A stretch of 19,806 nucleotides of DNA from assembly GCA_964631415.1 (NCBI GenBank), contig CAZVZC010000038.1:1-19806 (forward strand), read 5' to 3'. How positions within the stretch are numbered: the stretch's first letter is position 1; each line of letters opens with the position of its first letter. Source of the DNA: an uncultured archaeon. Its GTDB lineage: Archaea; Asgardarchaeota; Thorarchaeia; Thorarchaeales; Thorarchaeaceae. Under the pieces are notes generated by a model that worked only from the letters and a program-made list of their open reading frames with translations, made no database searches and was not told where the DNA came from. The translations under genes and the position numbers were made by a program. Below, piece after piece: positions 17,401 to 19,806 of the stretch.

Positions 17401-17860
17401 TATCAATCGTCGCAATATTGGGGACTGCCTGAGGAAATGGAATGTAGGCGGCCTTTCGCATCTTCAGGCCAAGATCGTACTCGTTGGGGACCTCGATGGG
17501 ACAGACGCGCTGACATTCGCCACAGCCAGTACACTTGCTGGGGTCTACACGGCGAGTGTGCTTCAATACCTTCACCTTGAAGTCGCCTCGCTCCCCTGAT
17601 ACGCCGACAACCTCTGAGTAGGCAAGGATTGTGATGTTTGGGTGCCGGGAACAGTCGACCATCCACGGACCCATGATACACATGGAGCAGTCCAGTGTGG
17701 GGAATGTCTTGTCGAGCTGTGCCATGTGCCCGCCGATAGATGGTTGCCTCTCAACCATGTACACCTTGACGCCCATGCCTGCGAGATCGAGTGCAGCGCG
17801 AATGCCTGCGATCCCAGCGCCTATGATAACGACGGGTCTTGCTGAGGCCTCTGCCATCAT
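14405..17860 (-). CDS. hdrA: Large HdrA-family flavoprotein: two FAD modules, ferredoxin domains and fused C-terminal MvhD
   Basis: GAGIAG...GGHMAQLDKTFPTLDCSMC; ferredoxin insert; CVGSRD..CSRICC; RIGVFICSCG...SCTPRTHEPLF...NIREHCSW; second GAGVAG; EAHPKLRPVD; C-terminal ferredoxin; MvhD motifs CNWCSYAGAD, MCTGRV, GCHIGDCHY. Confidence 0.96.
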   Translation of the reverse strand: MMAEASARPVVIIGAGIAGIRAALDLAGMGVKVYMVERQPSIGGHMAQLDKTFPTLDCSMCIMGPWMVDCSRHPNITILAYSEVVGVSGERGDFKVKVLKHTRRVDPSKCTGCGECQRVCPIEVPNEYDLGLKMRKAAYIPFPQAVPNIATIDIENCIQCLTCVNTCKAQAINFEISDETVEINAGSMIVATGYALLDASTVPEYGYGRYPNVVTSLEYERMVSASGPTGGVLVRPSDGREPHHIAFIQCVGSRDVNHCAYCSRICCTYATKEAIITKEHTPDVHIDILHNDLRAFGKGFEEFLVRGEKEYGINYVKGLPSEVAEDYETHDLSVRHSDTKGREVLQDKYDLVVLCPAMVPNENGALFKELGIQVDNYGFVQGLSDRIDSVQSGVPGISICGTVNRPKDIPDSVTQGSAAAALAALDVVIPKAAETEVLTEKDLELMTAEPRIGVFICSCGINIAGTVDVAEVTRYAGTLPNVVHSQNLLYSCSSDAQVVIKDAIKQHKLNRVVVASCTPRTHEPLFRATIEQAGLNKYLFEMANIREHCSWIHQSVKDEATSKAMDLVRMAVAKSRLLEPQEEAVTKVEPAALVIGAGVAGMSAAELIAGKGFKVYLVEKEKGVGGLLRDLRTVSFDFKPATEVIGAHELSIKNAPNIELMLGSDVTEAKGSIGDFEVIVTTGKKQKQLKVGVVVVATGAVQLDEKGLYGLHKLAGVMTELDFNQWLGQEETVQDGQTFAVIHCAGSREDESLEGARTWCSGICCTVALEHTLELLEKHPGSRVFHIYRDLRVSYAAEDKYREARKKGVVFIRFDKDSPPEVKKGKNKALRVEVTDQILGAKLLLDVDYVILATAMIPRETNKQVSELFKVPLNMSGFFMEAHPKLRPVDFQTDGVFVAGTATAPKSIDEAIAQGRGAAARALVPLVSGIRKAEAIVSVVDPEVCVGCGTCEINCAYNAIEVVPGEGGHDYAVSNPVLCQGCGKCAAGCPSGAITMKHFTDDQILAQIRSALQDTPASQSRILTIVCNWCSYAGADSAGVSRFQQPTNVRDIRVMCTGRVSVTHILEAFRMGADMVWISGCHIGDCHYVDGNVTFERRFAIAKKIIEKAGLETERLQFTHISASEGSIWADTVRKLSELADKLGPSPLRQR

Positions 17861-17894
17861 GTGTCCTCTTGGAGGGTGATAGTCCGCGGCTTCA

Positions 17895-17920
17895 GGATAG
17901 CACGATAAAACGTTTGTTAT
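17895..17920 (-). promoter_or_regulatory. Putative TATA box for hdrA
   Basis: Minus strand AACAAACG-TTTTATCG about 45 nt upstream of the start. Confidence 0.4.
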
Positions 17921-17945
17921 CTAGAACATCTGGTTCGGAGCTGCA

Positions 17946-18833
17946 CTAGGCGCCCATCAAGTCCTTGAGAGCCCTGCTCATTTTTAGCGCTTCATCCCAC
18001 TCACGTTGCCACAGGTTCCTACCGAAGATCAGACCCGCGGCGCCCTCCTCAAGACATACGCTCGCCTTGTGCAACAGCTCTTCATCGCTGATCCTTCCTC
18101 CGCCAGAGAACAGGACGAGTGTCTTGCCTGCCGACTTGATGACCTTTCTCACCGACTCCTCATAGCCCAGTTTCAGTGTGTCATATGGCTTTGGTAGGAG
18201 CGACTTCGTCTTGGGGTCCTCGGTAGGCATACTGATCTTCACTGCATCAACACCGAGCTCATTTGCCACGCGTGCGGCGTAGTCCACGGCAAAGAGAGAA
18301 TCACGTCCGCCTTTGGCGTCAACTGCCTGTCCCCTTGGATATGCCCACATGATGACTGGCATACCATATCGGTCTGCATCGGCCTTCACCTTCCTGAACT
18401 GGTTGAAGTCGTCATACTGCCTTGGACTGCCTACAAATAGGGTGTAGCCCACAGCATCAGCTCCAATGCGAACTGCATCCTCCACTGAGGCGGTCATTGC
18501 AGAGATAGGATAGCTCTCGGGAGGAATCGTCGTCCTGCCGTTGAGCTTCAGTATGATTGGGACAACCCCAGCATACTTTGCTGCATACTTCTGGGCAAGT
18601 CCCAGATGAAGTGCGATGCCCGAAAAGCCGCCCTCCAGAGCAAGCCTGAACTGGAAGTCTGGGTCGCCTGAGGGGGGATTGGGCAGGAAGTCAGCAGGAC
18701 CATGCTCGAGGCCCTGATCGATAGGCAGTATCAACATGTGACCGTTGCCCGGACCATGTTCATACATCAGGCGGTGCAGCCGAATTCGTTTTCCCAAACC
18801 AAGGTAGTCCATCTCATCCAGCCAGTTTCTCAA
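17946..18833 (-). CDS. fbaB: Class I fructose-bisphosphate aldolase (archaeal/DhnA type)
   Basis: LPIDQGLEHGP, ILKLNG, SVEDAVRIGADAVGYT, WAYPRG (catalytic Tyr), ELGVDAVK (Schiff-base Lys), SGG, GLIFGRNLWQR. Confidence 0.92.
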   Translation of the reverse strand: MRNWLDEMDYLGLGKRIRLHRLMYEHGPGNGHMLILPIDQGLEHGPADFLPNPPSGDPDFQFRLALEGGFSGIALHLGLAQKYAAKYAGVVPIILKLNGRTTIPPESYPISAMTASVEDAVRIGADAVGYTLFVGSPRQYDDFNQFRKVKADADRYGMPVIMWAYPRGQAVDAKGGRDSLFAVDYAARVANELGVDAVKISMPTEDPKTKSLLPKPYDTLKLGYEESVRKVIKSAGKTLVLFSGGGRISDEELLHKASVCLEEGAAGLIFGRNLWQREWDEALKMSRALKDLMGA

Positions 18834-18881
18834 AGCGATTGGACCTCGTTACTAGCAAGGATGCAGGGCTTCATAAATGTT

Positions 18882-19806
18882 CTAGGCCGTTGCCTTGGCC
18901 TTCAGTTTGAGCCGCTGCCAGTTGGGCTCAGTCTTCCTCTGACCATACTGGAGATGGCTTGCAAGCCCAAACTCCTCAGGCTGGTGCCCAAATGCCAGTG
19001 CGAGCAGTTCTGCCACATGCATGATATCGAACTTGTACTCGACTCCGAAGAGCCTCTGGATCTCCACCTGACCCATATCGAGCTGCAGGAGGCAGAAGGG
19101 ACAAGGAGTCACAATCACGTCAGCACCGCCTGCCGCAAGGATGCTGTCGAACTTCTGTTTGGTGAATTCAAGCGCGATCTTGACGTCTGCTGTGCGGACT
19201 GCTCCACCTGCGCCACAGCATATCAGCTCATCCTTGTAGTGAACGTATTTGGCCCCTGAGGCCTCGCAGATCTCTCTAAATATGTGAGGACGCTCGCTGT
19301 TGTCCTTCTTCTTGACCAACGCCGGACGCATCCAGTGGCACCCGGGGTGAAGTGCCATCCTCACTCCAGTGAACGGATGTGTGACATGCTCCTTTAGTTT
19401 CTGCATACCCGCGACATTGTAGAGAATGTCGATATAGTGGGTGACTTCTGTCGTGCCTTTGAACTCCCGTCCAATCTCCGCCAGATTGCGGTTGACAGCT
19501 GCTCTGAGTTCTTTGTCTTCCTTCAGCTCATGATTCGCGTCCCAGAGGCTGGCAAAACAACCGTTGCAGCCTGTAGTAAGTGGGTGGCCGCCTTGTTCTG
19601 CGATGGTGAGATTGCGTGCCGCGATTGTGGCCCACATCACCCTGTCGAATGAACCAAAGACGCCGGGGGCAGGGCAGCAACTCGCGCCCACCATGTCAAG
19701 CAGGTCGATCCCGAGGTCATTGAAGACCAACTTGGCAGCTTTCTCAATGCTTGGATACCGGTGGGGAATGATGCAGCCCAGGAAATGATAGTATGCAGGC
19801 CTCTTC
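18882..19806 (-). CDS. hdrB: Heterodisulfide reductase subunit B, canonical type (5' end outside the window)
   Basis: The frame is open to the window edge: KRPAYYHFLGCIIPHRYPSIEKA...SCCPAPG...CNGC...HPGCH...CCGAGG...CPFC. Confidence 0.95.
   Translation of the reverse strand, partial: KRPAYYHFLGCIIPHRYPSIEKAAKLVFNDLGIDLLDMVGASCCPAPGVFGSFDRVMWATIAARNLTIAEQGGHPLTTGCNGCFASLWDANHELKEDKELRAAVNRNLAEIGREFKGTTEVTHYIDILYNVAGMQKLKEHVTHPFTGVRMALHPGCHWMRPALVKKKDNSERPHIFREICEASGAKYVHYKDELICCGAGGAVRTADVKIALEFTKQKFDSILAAGGADVIVTPCPFCLLQLDMGQVEIQRLFGVEYKFDIMHVAELLALAFGHQPEEFGLASHLQYGQRKTEPNWQRLKLKAKATA

Noticed and set aside
10365-19806. Evidence of methanogenesis
   Set aside because: Hdr genes are widespread in non-methanogens, and no mcr or mtr genes are in the window.
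1-19806. CRISPR array, tRNA/rRNA, IS element or integrase
   Set aside because: No regularly spaced short repeats, cloverleaf motifs, terminal inverted repeats or recombinase motifs were seen by eye.

Overview
Archaeal DNA, most consistent with an Asgard (Thorarchaeota-like) genome. This is inferred from DUF2096, a NosD/Ig-like surface protein, a membrane-anchored wHTH family, multiple hdr genes and TATA-type promoters; no database search was run. The left ~8 kb is an accessory, duplicated locus. It holds two paralogues (about 84% aa identity by hand count) of a secreted protein that appears to fuse a small clan-CD (caspase/gingipain/CPD-like) His-Cys protease domain to a PGAP1-like alpha/beta hydrolase; the complete copy ends in Ca-binding TSP3-like repeats. 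Copy 1 is transcribed divergently from a membrane-anchored wHTH regulator, a triple-PepSY-like membrane protein and a 58-aa 2-TM protein missed by the ORF track. Copy 2 keeps only a decayed regulator and the small protein, and a 188-bp near-identical direct repeat brackets a 4080-bp cassette. The middle holds DUF2096 and a beta-helix surface protein. The right half is a heterodisulfide reductase region (hdrB, class I aldolase, double-module hdrA-mvhD fusion, hdrC-hdrB). It is interrupted by a scramblase/LURP-one-like gene and two tandem membrane zinc-ribbon paralogues. I found no rRNA, tRNA, CRISPR array, transposase or integrase.
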